Origin: Macrostomum lignano | Taxonomy: Eukaryota | Assembly (NCBI GenBank): GCA_002269645.1 | Contig: NIVC01000362.1 | Location: 1-64,000 of the forward strand | Direction: 5' to 3' | Length of the DNA stretch: 64,000 nucleotides | In this document: positions 1-12,221 of the stretch, piece after piece | Position numbering within the stretch: position 1 is the stretch's first letter | How the letters are laid out: each line of letters starts with the position of its first letter | Program-made: the position numbers and the translations under genes | The notes under the pieces: generated by a model | What the model saw: only the letters and a program-made list of their open reading frames with translations | What the model was told of the DNA's origin: nothing | The model's database searches: none

Positions 1-1179
1 AGCACTGCCGCTGCCTGCCAGCGTGGCTGATGAGGCGAGTGCGGCCAGGTCAGGTGCCCTACTGCGGAGACTTGCGGCAGGGTGTGGACAGTATATTTGA
101 GCGACTTGATTGCTTGGGTGAGGAACACACTCATTGGGCTGAGGACCTTGTACGAAGCTACGGACTCAGGGGAACTAAACTAACTTTAGCCCAGCAAATT
201 CCGTTGAACAGGGACAACATGAAGAGGCTAAAGAAAATTCTTAATATTTTTCTTAGCAAAAGCGATTAAGAGTTAGTTTCGTATAATAATTACGCACCTT
301 AAGTGAAGTGCATTTGAAATTGTTAGTTTGAAAATGTTTGACTTTGGATTTGAATGCTAGAAAATGGTTTATACCTGTTTCAATAAAATCTGCATGAGCC
401 AATGAAACTAATCAACAATAGCAAACCAGGCCCTAATAAGACTAGAAATAGGATTCTTTGCTATAAGATTTTAAAGTTTATTGCGTCTTCTGTGCCAAAT
501 TACAGAGCGAATTACTCCAATGCTGGCGACAGATGCATCCTCGGCAAGCAGCCAGTGCCCCGAGCGTTGCAGCCGTATTGAATACCGAGCCGCGGTGTCG
601 CAGACGGACTGGCTAGTTAGCCGCTGGCAAATGCTGCGTATGGTGCAACAGCATGCCTTGTGGAATAGAGTCTACCAACACATGGAGCGCATTAAGTTAA
701 TAAGAATGCACAAACGCGAGTTCCACTATTAGAAGGCTAAAGAATTATTTCACTCGACGGGACATTGACAACCTGACTGATGTGTCCCCAGACGATGACA
801 CACTAGGCCGCTGGGCTCAGCTGGCCGGAGAGCTGCAGGGTCACGGAGCAGGGTCCGGGAACAAGACGAAAGCGGAGATCATCAATTTGTATTCTTGCGA
901 GTTCGACGCACCACAGGAGACGCCACGGAGACGCGCAAGGAGACATTGACACTGAATTTCTATAGCCTTGTATGCCAGATTGGAGGTGTCTGCAGCATCA
1001 CGCTGGGTCTCAGTTGCGCTTTTGTTGTAGAGCTGTTCGAGTGGCTGTACATTAGTGTCACAGGCAGTCAAGCAAGAAATAGAAAACCTGGTGAAGAGGC
1101 GCCACAGGCCGCTGCTATCACTACTGATGTCCCACCAGCTAGGAAGGATAAAGAAGCTAACGCCCCTGATGCTGTGTGA
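1..1179 (+). CDS. DEG/ENaC (ASIC/FaNaC-like) sodium channel, 3' partial; exons <1..117, 506..695, 733..1179 with an apparent 1-nt frameshift between 799 and about 877
   Basis: Thumb-domain motif HCRCLP...PGQVPYC resembles ASIC CNCRMVHMPGDAPYC. CPERCSRIEYRAAVSQTDW resembles the C-x-x-x-C-x-x-x-x-Y-x-x-x-x-S pattern. TM2 SLVCQIGGVCSITLGLSCAFVVELFEW aligns with [22 protein letters not shown]. GT-AG borders at 118/505 (phase 1) and 696/732 (phase 2) keep the frame. Confidence 0.85.
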
Positions 1180-1892
1180 AACATAGTAAAGTCGACGACA
1201 TTGAGAAATCAATGACGTTTGTCATGTCAGTGTTTAAAACATTCGCTTCAACTATGCATAGTTTTTGCTTTTAAATCTGTATAATTTTGGCTCTACATAG
1301 CACTTTATTTTACGTCGGATAGACGCACAGTCGCACAAATATTTATTCGAATTTTCCCATTTTGATACTGATACTGATGATACACGTTCCATTTAGCTAC
1401 ATAAGAGCACTGCTTTCTGCCTATTTCTAGCATACAAGTGTATTTACTCGCATAATTTATGCTCTACAGAGAAAACCTTCGAATTTTTAATAATTTTCAA
1501 CTGCATGAAAATGGCTTTCTAGCTTTGGACCTTATTGATTTGATTATTATCGCTATTGTCGAGCTTTTATTACTACAGTAGTAACCTCCGAATATTTTCG
1601 TTTTTCTGATTGATTTTAAGCTTACGCTTTTAAGCACGGTACAAATGAAACTAATTAATTGTTGTCTTAGCATTGTACTTTTTCATGTCAAGTTAAACAA
1701 CATCACTTTTCGCAACGGCAATTAATTTTAGGGCTATTTTAATATTTAGGCTATTTTTAAAGCCAAACAAAAATTCGAATGTTGAAAAAAAAGTTAAATT
1801 TATTTATTTTACTAATCGTGTTATGGTAAAGAACAAATCAAATGAAAAGCAGACTAAACCGTACTTTTTAACTTGTCACGCCTCTATTACTA

Positions 1893-2097
1893 CACCTTTT
1901 ACCGTTCAATTCTGATCAAAGTCCAGTTCCAAAAAACTAGCGGAAATTCAATTCAGACTGAGGATAATTTTGTCTATGGCTAAACCTTACTTCAGTTAGA
2001 ATGTCTTGAGCTGGGGTTAGACTGGGCCCAAGTCTAAATTGAATTTCCGCTAGTTTTTCAAAACTGGACTCTGATCAAAATTGAACGTGAAAAGGTG
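1893..2097. mobile_element. MITE with about 67-bp imperfect terminal inverted repeats, probably TA target (Tc1/mariner-type)
   Basis: 1893-1959 is the reverse complement of 2031-2097 with 8 mismatches. TA flanks both sides (1891-1892, 2098-2099). No coding capacity. Confidence 0.7.
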
Positions 2098-3616
2098 TAT
2101 TACAAATATTACGTAACGCTGATTCCAAGAAATGTACACAGATAAACATTACATTGATTTTTAAGGAAGCAAATACCTGACCGAAAATTGCACAAAAAGT
2201 TTTATGCCACACATGCATAGTTCAGAATATTGTTTGAAGTTAAACTCGATGCAGCATAGATAAATATATAAAACTATTTCATAATGCTATACATAATACA
2301 GAGCAGTTCAACTGAGCAAGATTTTGCGTTAGATAGTTGTTTAGACATGCAGTTTAGCCACAGTGCATCCTACTGACAGAGTAGACAGTTAATATTTTGT
2401 TATTAGGTTGTTATGTGTTAATGCAAACGATCAGGTTCTTTAATTATAATTTATTATCTACTTCCTCTCGTACTACAGTGTATTCCGAGGGTAAATTTCA
2501 GTATGTGTTGTCATTAGGTATGGTGTGGAATCCAATGACACTATTTTTATGCTTAGTAACTATTTTTTTATCCTCAATATCTAAAAAATTGATTTACAGC
2601 ATGAGGGAGTCGATGAGTTACAACCGCGTCTCTCATAAGAGTACATAAAGTGATCAGCACAGTAATATAACTTAATTAATAACTGCACATAATTTGGCTG
2701 CACTAAGTGCAGAAATTGACTGCATAGCGAATAAAGCGTCACAGATTACTTTGATTACTGCATATTGGTTTAGTGCGAAGCTTTTAAAGAATAAAGCTGC
2801 TTCTTATTGTTGACAACAATAAAAATGCAGCTCAACTGTTAAACCAATTGAGTTTTTACACCATGAGATTGTATATATGCATAATTGTTCATGCAAGCGC
2901 AGACAACAGTGCTGGAACGAGTGAATCCTTTTTATATCGGCCGTTTTGAGATCCTTGGAACACGTTCTAGCATTTTAACGATAGACAACATTTTTAGATT
3001 TTAACTTATACTTATATATATTATACTAAAGGCGAATTCTAATTTGTCTAAATATTGATCAACATTTCTAAGCGGAAATTTAAAAAATACAGGATTTTTA
3101 AAACAACGAGCAAACATCAAAGGAATACTGAGTCTTTTTCCATTGAAACCGTTTTATACTACTGACTTAAAATATTGTCTCTAGCTAGTGACTAAGTTTG
3201 TTATCTACTCAATAATTTAAGAGCCACATGTTTCTGATGTCTAAACTGAAATACGTTCGAACTGAATTGACGCAGCCCACATAAGAGAAAATCTTTTTAA
3301 AAGTTATTTTAATCGCGAAGGATATTTCTGAAGGTCAGTCAGGCTGGCGATCAATAAGAAATCCATTGGAGTTGATGCTTAATTCTTGGAGAACTATTTC
3401 AGGCGACCATCAAAGAGAAAGGAACTTACCCCTGTTTGGTTACAAGAATAAAGCTCTAGGCTTCTTGGAAAAACCGACTTTATATTCCTACTAGTTACAC
3501 GTTAAAAGTTAATAAATGTTTGTGTCATAAAGCTATCTTTTTCACAACTCTGGCTAAATATTGACTGCCATTTGTTGAAGAGGCAAAAGTTTTCAATGTT
3601 CAATTGAATTCATCAA

Positions 3617-3741
3617 TCATTGATAATATGGCGGCTGCCCAAACGACGGCCAATTACTGGCAAACTGACCAAAACTATGGCTGAACTGTGGAAGCGAGCG
3701 ACCCTGCTGCTGCTGCTGTTGTTGTTGTTGCTGTTGTTGTT

Positions 3742-3776
<35 letters not shown>

Positions 3777-6700
3777 TGTTGTTGTTGTTGAGCGGCCATA
3801 ATTTGCTGTTGCTGACGCTGAAGTAAAAGATGATGCTGCTGTTGCTGATGCAGCTGTACCTGATTGAGATTGATTTGACTATTGCTATAGGCAGCTAAAG
3901 GCGCAGATGCAGAGCTAACAGCACCAGTAGAGTATACTGAATGCTGTTGCTGATTTTGCTGATGAGGCCAAGCTGCTGCGGCTGCAGCTGCGGCCAATGC
4001 AGCCGATGGTGACAAGTGAACATCCAGACTGCTACTACTGCTTGGCACTGTCGGCTGTGTCTGCTTCTCTAACCTTTGTTGACGCTGCCGTTGAGGCATA
4101 GCTTGTTGCTGAGGCATTGGAGGCGGCGAAGGAATTAATGGCTGCAGCTTTTGCTGTTGGTGCTGCTGAGTAATCGAGTGGCTCAGAGTCTGCTGCTGCT
4201 GCTTTTGCTGAGACTGATTAAGAGTGGAAAATGACGATAAATCTTGTTTCTGTTGCTTCTGCTGCGACTGTTGCGTACTTTGATAGATACTTGAAGCTTG
4301 CTGCACTGACTTAAAGGCATCAAACAGCGACTGTTGCGACTGTTGCTTAGCTAAGTTAGCCTTGGATTGTTGCTGCGATTTCGATGTCTGAGCCAATTGA
4401 TTTGAAGGCTTATGCATCTGCGTTGTCTGCAGTTGAGATGGGAAACTTAGCGGTGCTGATGGCTGAAGGTTAGCGACTTGCTGCATTGGCTGATATGCAT
4501 TACTGAGCCGCTGTGGAATTTGTTGAGACTTGAAGATTTCTTGAGATGGCGAATGCACAGGATCATAAACACGTTTGGACGGCGGTTGCTCAGGCCTTGA
4601 GACCTGTGGTGGTGCCGGTTGCTGAGGCCTTGAGACCTGTGGTGATGCTGGTTGTTGAAGACTTGAGACCCGTGGCGGTGTCGGTTGCTGAGGTTGCTGA
4701 GGTCTTGAGACCTGTGATGGTGTCGGTTGCTGCGATCTTGAAACCTGTGATGGTGTCGGTTGCTGAGGCCTTGAGACCTGTGATGGTGTCGGTTGCTGAG
4801 GCCTTGAGACCTGTGATGGTGTCGGTTGCTGAGGCCTTGAGACCTGTGATGGTGTCGGTTGCTGCGATCTTGAAACCTGTGATGGTGTTGGTTGCTGAGG
4901 CCTTGAGACCTGTGATGGTGTTGGTTGCTGAGGCCTTGAGACCTGTGATGGTGTTGGTTGCTGAGGCCTTGAGACCTGTGATAGTATCGGTTGCTGAGAC
5001 CTTGAGACCTGTGGTGGTGTCGGTTGCTGAGGTCTTGAGACCTGTGATGGTGTCGGTTGCTGAGGTCTTGAGACCTGTGATGGCGTCGGTTGCTGAGGCC
5101 TTGAGACCTGTGATGGTGTCGGTTGCTGAGGCCTTGAGATTTGTGGTGGTGTCGGTTGCTGAGGCCTTGAGATTTGTGGTGGTGTTGGTTGCTGAAGACT
5201 TGAGACTTGTGGGGGTGTTGGTTGTTGAAGACTTGAGACTTGTGGTGGTGTCGGTTCCCGAGGCCTTGCGACCTGTGGTGTTGGTTGCTGCGTGGTGACT
5301 TGGTGCTGCAGTGCTTGCTGAGGCTTGTCTTGTTGCAGCCGTTGTTGAAGTTTGGAGACGGGCAGCAGATGCTGCGACTGTTGCTGAGAGCTGTAAAGCC
5401 CATGTATTAACATTAGCATAGTTGTGTTACTATAAAAATCTGAACTAAAACTTCAAATATTTTATGCGGAAACAGTACTGCTATTAGTACGTTAGTTTTT
5501 GTTGGCATCTTGTCTCAATCTTGTGCTCTGCTCTGTTAGGAGAAAATGTTAGGAATTAAAACAAAGTACATGTGTATACAAACAGGATTTAACAATCAGC
5601 TATAAATTGCAGTCGCTGGCTGAATACAGAAAATCTTCTAGCACCTCCTGCTAACTAAACAGGAAAAATACAACTTTAGCGGCCGCTACTCTCACTTGAA
5701 GTTGGACTTGTCTCTTGGCTCGGCCTTGCAGGCACCGGTAGCAGAGGCCTGCTGCTGCTGCTGCTGTCGCTGCTGCTGAGACTGCTCGCGCTTGGCTTGG
5801 CTTGGCTTGGATTTCAGCATCGGCCTGATTATGCTCATCAACTTCCTGTAAACAAGCAGCCAGTCAGTATGATCAACTCCATAGCAAAGCTTGATAAAGC
5901 TTACATTCTGAAAGAGATTTCTAAATTGTCTTTCCTAAAATTTGCGATAAAAATTCCGGCTAAAATTAGGATTATGGGATAGACTAAAACTATGATTCTC
6001 TGAATCCATAAAATCGAGATCCCAAAATGCCTTAGGTAGAGATCCTAGTCCCTAGAATTTCGAGATCCCGAAATCCCTGAAATCGAGATTTCAAAATCCC
6101 TGAAATCGAGATCCCAAAATCCCTGAACTCAGGATCGAAAAATCTCTTAAATCGAGATACGAAAATCCCTAAATTCGGGATAAAAAATCCCTAAAGTCGA
6201 GATCCCAAAATCCCTAAATTCGCGATAAAAAATTATTTAAGTCGAGATCCCAAATCTCTAAATTCGGGATAAAAAATTACTGAAGTCGAGATTCCAAAAT
6301 GCCTTAGGTGGAGATCCCGAAATCCCTGAAATTTGAGATCCCGAAATCCCTGAAATTCTAGATCACGAAATCCCTAAAATTGAGATCCTAAAGTCCTTAA
6401 GGATCCTAAATCATAAAGTCCTCAAGCTTGAACTCGAAATCCCAAAATTCCTAAATTTGGGATCCAAAAATCTCTGAAATCGAGATCCCGAAATCCCTGA
6501 AATTCTAGATCACGAAATCCCTAAAATTGAGATCCTAAAGTCCTTAAGGATCCTAAATCATAAAGTCCTCAAGCTTGAACTCGAAATCCCAAAATTCCTA
6601 AATTTGGGATCCAAAAATCTCTGAAATCGAGATCCCAAAATCCCTGAAATCGAGATCCCAAAATCCCTGAATTCGGCATCCAAAAATTCCTAAAGTGAGA

Positions 6701-9700
6701 TCCCGAAATACCTAAAATTCAAGATCCCAAAATCCCCAAATTCTAATTCCAAAAAGCTCTAAAGTCGAGATCCCAAAATCCCAAAAGCTGCTTACACAAC
6801 GTTCTCCAAGCAAAACAAAACTCACATGCAGCTCATCCAATCAGCTGGCCACAGCGGCACCAATTGCTTCTCAGCAAACTCTTTAATCGCATCCTCCCGC
6901 TCGCTCTCTTTGATCCGCTGGCTGGCCAAAGCTTCCAGTTTAATCCTGGCCGCCCGGTTCAACAGCTCCGTGGACTTCTGGCACCAGACGAAGTTTCGAC
7001 GCGGTTGCGGGCCCGGCGGCTTGCCGGCAACCGACGGCGAAGGCGGCGGCCTGCCCTCAGCCGTCGCGGCAGCCGCGGCCGCGTCGTTCTGCTGTCGCCA
7101 AGCGTCTATTCGCTCCCTGTAGAGCCGAGTCTCCTTAGCGTGCCTGGCCAGCTGTTCAGGCATAGCCGATTGCACTAATTCGCGCAGTCGGGTTAGCAGC
7201 ACTTGCAACTGGGACTCGCTGCGATTCTCGCGCAGTTTTAATATTTTACGGCGCAGGCTAACCTTTGTGGCCAGGCCCAGGTGACCGGCCAGGTGGCTGT
7301 AGACTGCGTTGCATTGGGCCGAGGGCAGACCAGACCTGACGGGCGGGAGCGTTTAAATAGTAGTCAATGCTTAAGTAGCTGACACCTTTGAAGGGTAGCT
7401 GAAACTTTTTTTAATCTGACACTTTTGAGGTGTAGCTGACACTTTTGGAGGGTAGCTGACACTTTAGGAGTGTAGCTGACACTTTTGGGGTGTAGCTGAC
7501 ACTTCTGGAGTGTAGCTGACACTTTTGGAGGGTAGCTGACACTTTTGGGGTGTAGCTGACACTTCTGGAGTGTAGCTGATACTTTTGGAGTGTAGCTGAC
7601 ACTTTTGGTGTAGCTGACACTTCTGGAGAGTAGCTGACACTTATGGAGAGTAGCTGACACTTTTGGAGGGTAGCTGACACTTTAGAGTATAGCTGACACT
7701 TTAGAGTATAGCCGACACTTTTGGAAGGTAGCTGAAACTTTTGGAGTGTAGCTGACACTTTTGGAGGGAGCTGACACTTTTGGAGTGTAGCTGACACTTT
7801 TGAAGTGTAGCTGACACTTTTAGAGTGTAGCTGACACTTTTGGAGGGTAGCTGACACTTAAGAGGTAGCTGACAGCCTGACAGGTTAGAGTGTAGCTGAC
7901 ACTTTTGGAGTCATGACCATAACGTTCAATCAATCATAACGGATCAAAGCCTAACCGAAGAAAGTCGTCCAAGGCCAGCCAATCAGAAGCGAGGTCATTG
8001 CTAGCAAACAATTGCGACAATTTTCCACCGCCAGCATTGGCCGAAGCAGCAGACGAGGATTTCCTCTTAGCCTCCTTAATCCGATCGACAATCTGCAGAA
8101 TTGGTGGCGGCAGATTTGGCGGCAGATTGGGCACCGCCTCATCGGGTTTAGCCTGGTTAGGCAGTTTGGACTGCTGCTGCTGCTGCTGAGCTGAAACTTT
8201 TTCATTGCCCAACACTACGGAATCAAATATAGAGTCGAGAGACGGCTTCAACGGATTGACGTTGGCGGCTGGCTTAGCTGGAGACGGAGAGTCTGCCAGA
8301 ACCCTGTCGATGATGTGATCGATAGATCGAATTGGTTGAGCAGGATTCTGCGAGGCCGCCGCCTGTTGCTGAACAGTAGCTGGAGGTTTCAACGGAGTGA
8401 CAGAACCTGTCATCTGAAGGTCAACAGCAGCCGTTGCGTTAGCCGCAGCTGTAGTAGTTTTCTGTCGCCTATGCGCTTTGGTCAAAGTTTTCACCGCTTT
8501 GGACACTAAGTCCCTTCGGCCGGGCGACATCTTCGACTTGGACTTGTTGGCGCCGCCGCCAAACAGCGAGGGTCGATCCGGAAGGAGCTGCTGCTGATGC
8601 TTGCGACGCTTCTTAGCAACACCCGCTGAGCTGTCCACTGACGAGGACGAGGAATCAGACGAGGAAGACGATGATGAGGAAGAAGCAGAAGAATCTCGTC
8701 GGCGTTTCTTTGAAGCGGCATCGGCATCGGCGGCCGCGGGACGGGCGGCGCCGGATGGCGTGCTGCCGTCAGCACTAGCCGGTCCTTCAATAACAATGTC
8801 TGACGCGTTGTCTGTAGTGACCTGCGATTGAAATAGGCTGCTCTTTAATCCCACACCCGATTCTCAATCCCACACCCCAGATTCTCAATCCCACACCCCA
8901 GATTCTCAATCCCACACCCCAGATTCTCAATCCCACACCCCAGATTCTCAATCCCACACTCCAGATTCTCAATCCCACACTCCAGATTCTCAATCCCACA
9001 CTCCAGATTCTCAATCCCACACCCCAGATTCTCAATCCCACACTCCAGATTCTCAATCCCACACCATTTAGATTCTCAATCCCACACCCCAGATTCTCAA
9101 TCCCACACCCCAGATTCTCAATCCCACACCATTTAGATTCTCAATCCCACACTCCAGATTCTCAATCCCACACCATTTAGATTCTCAATCCCACACCCCA
9201 GATTCTCAATCCCACACCCCAGATTCTCAATCCCACACCATTTAGATTCTCAATCCCACACCATTTAGATTCTCAATCCCACACCATTTAGATTCTCAAT
9301 CCCACACCATTTAGATTCTCAATCCCACACCCCAGATTCTCAATCCCACACCATTTAGATTCTCAATCCCACACCATTTAGATTCTCAATCCCACACCAT
9401 TTAGATTCTCAATCCCACACCATTTAGATTCTCAATCCCACACCCCAGATTCTCAATCCCACACCCCAGATTCTCAATCCCACACCATTTAGATTCTCAA
9501 TCCCACACCATTTAGATTCTCAATCCCACACCATTTAGATTCTCAATCCCACACCATTTAGATTCTCAATCCCACACCCCAGATTCTCAATCCCACACCC
9601 CAGATTCTCAATCCCACACTCCAGATTCTCAATCCCACACTCCAGATTCTCAATCCCACACTCCAGATTCTCAATCCCACACCCCAGATTCTCAATCCCA

Positions 9701-11675
9701 CACTCCAGATTCTCAATCCCACACCATTTAGATTCTCAATCCCACACTCCAGATTCTCAATCCCACACCCCAGATTCTCAATCCCACACCCCAGATTCTC
9801 AATCCCACAGCCCAGATTCTCAATCCCACACCCCAGATTCTCAATCCCACACCCCAGATTCTCAATCCCACACCATTTAGATTCTCAATCCCACACTCCA
9901 GATTCTCAATCCCACACCATTTAGATTCTCAATCCCACACTCCAGATTCTCAATCCCACACCATTTAGATTCTCAATCCCACACTCCAGATTCTCAATCC
10001 CACACCATTTAGATTCTCAATCCCACACCATTTAGATTCTCAATCCCACACCATTTAGATTCTCAATCCCACACCATTTAGATTCTCAATCCCACACCAT
10101 TTAGATTCTCAATCCCACACCATTTAGATTCTCAATCCCACACCATTTAGATTCTCAATCCCACACCATTTAGATTCTCAATCCCACACCATTTAGATTC
10201 TCAATCCCACACCATTTAGATTCTCAATCCCACACCATTTAGATTCTCAATCCCACACCCGATTCTCAATCCCACACCATTTAGATTCTCAATCCCACAC
10301 CCCAGATTCTCAATCCCACACCCCAGATTCTCAATCCCACACCCCAGATTCTCAATCCCACACCCCAGATTTTCAATCCCACACCCCAGATTCTCAATCC
10401 CACACCCCAGATTCTCAATCCCACACCCCAGATTTTCAATCCCACATTCCAGATTCTAAATCCCACTCCAGATTCACAATCACACACCCTAGATTCTCAA
10501 TCCCACACTCCAGATTCTCAATCTCATACCTCTTAGATTCTTAATTACCCACCTCTTAGATTCTCAATCCTACACCTTTTAGATTCTTAATCCCACACCT
10601 TTTAGATTTGTAGTGCTCACGCGAGCCCAATTTATATGTACATCGGCCTTGCGTACAATTCATGCACTTTAAGCGCGGCGATTCTCCAACCCCCCCCCCT
10701 CCATTCTGGTGGCGTGATTTTATTCCATAGTCTGAAAATAAATAAATATCGATCAGCCCACCTAGCAGGGCTCCACATTTTCGTCTCAGCACACTCCGGC
10801 CTTTCTTACTATAGCTATTACAAGATTCTCAATCCCACACATTTTAGATTCTCAATCCCACACATTTTAGATTCTCAATCCCACACCTTTTAGATTCTCA
10901 ATCCCACACCCTAGATTCTCAATCCCACACCCCATTCGCTAGCAATCAGTCCCCAGCATTCGAACCTCCAAGTCGCCCTGATTAATATAGAAGCCGCCCA
11001 GCTTGGGCTTCTGATTCGGCAGCACCATCAGTTCTCGAGCGTCGCCATCGTCAATGAAAGAATCCTCAGAGTCGTAGCCCTCGCCCGGGTCCATGTAGTC
11101 TTGGACGCAGATTCTTCGCTGCCTGCGACCGCCTTTGCTGACGTACACCTGGGGACCGTATCTGGACAATCGAAGGAAATTTAATACAGTGATTAATGAT
11201 GAAAAGTAATAAGACTATTTTATGTTTCTTGCCTAGTGTTACTCTTTTGGATTTCTTACCTAGCCTCGAGACTCTGAGCAATTGACCGAAGTCTGTCATC
11301 CTCTGCGCTATCGACAGCAGCGAATGGATCAGCTGAGCCATTGTTATTACCATTGCTGCTGCCACCGCCGTTGTGCAGCGGCAAAGGTTCTGCCAGCTGA
11401 TCGGGTTTAGTTGAAGCAGCCTTGCCGATAAGATCTAGGAATGAATATTCGTACCGTCTGTGCTCATCATCGTTGAGCTCGCCATCGGGAAACAGTTTGA
11501 TTTCGACTCGATAGGCAAAATCTGATTTACTGTCGCTGGACTTGGCAAATTTGCTTTTAGAAGAAGCCGGCTGACATTTCTGCTGTTGCTGCTGCTGCTG
11601 CTGCGAGGACAACGCGGATGCTCCAGTTGTGGAAGCCAGGGTCTCAAAGTCCACGCGCCTCGGTCGAGCAGTCAT
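3617..11675 (-). CDS. UBN1: Ubinuclein/yemanuclein (HIRA complex H3.3 chaperone subunit); complement(join(3617..5390,5696..5845,6826..7335,7956..8821,10966..11161,11260..11675)), about 1303 aa
   Basis: The Hpc2-related (HUN/HRD) domain LEARYG...QDYMDPGEGYDSEDSFIDDGDARELMVLP...GGFYINQGDL matches UBN1 GYDESDSFIDNSE...GGFYINSG. An NHRD-like YRVEIKLF...YEYSFLDL and a middle domain ending LWPADWM are present. All five introns are GT-AG with consistent phases (2,0,2,2,2) and the total of 3912 nt is divisible by 3. UBN1 versus UBN2 orthology is not resolvable. Confidence 0.92.
4588..5290 (-). repeat. Coding 33-bp tandem repeat, about 21 copies of QQPTPSQVSRP, in the last UBN exon
   Basis: Read directly from the 3617..5419 ORF. 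Period 33 nt with no stop in the coding frame. Confidence 0.95.
5990..6790. repeat. Degenerate about 22-bp minisatellite (GAAATCGAGATCCCAAAATCCCT-like) containing a 147-bp tandem duplication (6335-6481 / 6482-6628)
   Basis: Visible periodicity within a UBN intron. The duplicated block was checked by eye. Confidence 0.85.
7376..7910. repeat. 20-bp minisatellite (GTAGCTGACACTTTTGGAGT)
   Basis: Tandem copies fill most of UBN intron 7336-7955. Confidence 0.95.
8848..10932. repeat. 21/23-bp minisatellite (AGATTCTCAATCCCACACCCC / ...CACCATTT)
   Basis: Tandem copies fill UBN intron 8822-10965, interrupted at 10609-10822. Confidence 0.97.
10609..10822. mobile_element. Solo LTR (214 bp) with 5-bp target-site duplication
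   Basis: The insert begins TGTAGT and ends ATTACA (TG...CA ends, TGTA/TACA inverted). AGATT flanks it at 10604-10608 and 10823-10827. It contains AATAAA near 10740. Confidence 0.75.
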
Positions 11676-12221
11676 TTATTATTATTAATAACTGGTCAAC
11701 CAGCCAATGACAATAAACTGGATATGCTTAGTCAATAAGGAACAGTAAATGAGGAATAACGCAAATTAAATTTACGCAAATTTCTTTTGACAACACCCAT
11801 AACTCTTATAAATTGTATGTGCATGCTTAAGATATAAAAACAAAACTATATACAAGTATATTAGTGTGGTAGGGGGGGCATTTCAAGCTGTTGTGTTGAC
11901 TATACCAGGCACATAGCCAGAAATTTTCTTCAGTGGAAGGGAAGGCTGCCTCTAGGGAGGGAAAATATACTAGAAAAAGACTTCAAAAAAACTTTTTGGC
12001 TCTTACAAGGAATAAATAACCCCCCTCCCCATGCCCTTGGAGTATACATATTAGTTCTATTAATTCCATCTGTCTATAAGAACATTTAAGCATCTGCCAA
12101 AGTAAATGAATTATAGTTGTCTATTAAATTCAATTATTCAGGATTGGTTGTGCTTAATGATGAAACAGTTTTGCTTTTCCGCTACTATTAGTAGTTTGTC
12201 TCAGTGAATATTAGTAAACAG

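Noticed and set aside
1-60. HCRCLPAWL as a RING-CH (RINGv) motif
   Set aside because: The final Cys pair is missing, and the downstream exons give a coherent DEG/ENaC thumb and TM2.
4447-5403. Alternative-frame and antisense ORFs (318 aa, 250 aa) over the UBN repeat
   Set aside because: They are by-products of a stop-free 33-bp repeat. Only one frame joins the upstream exons.
6335-6628. 147-bp duplication equal to nucleosome core length
   Set aside because: It is a single event and the length match is probably coincidence.
11904-12040. Possible hAT-type MITE remnants (CAGGCACATAGCCAG...; also ...TCTGGTTGCGCCACTG at 19436-19451)
   Set aside because: Only one degenerate end is recognisable in each case, with no matching TIR or TSD.
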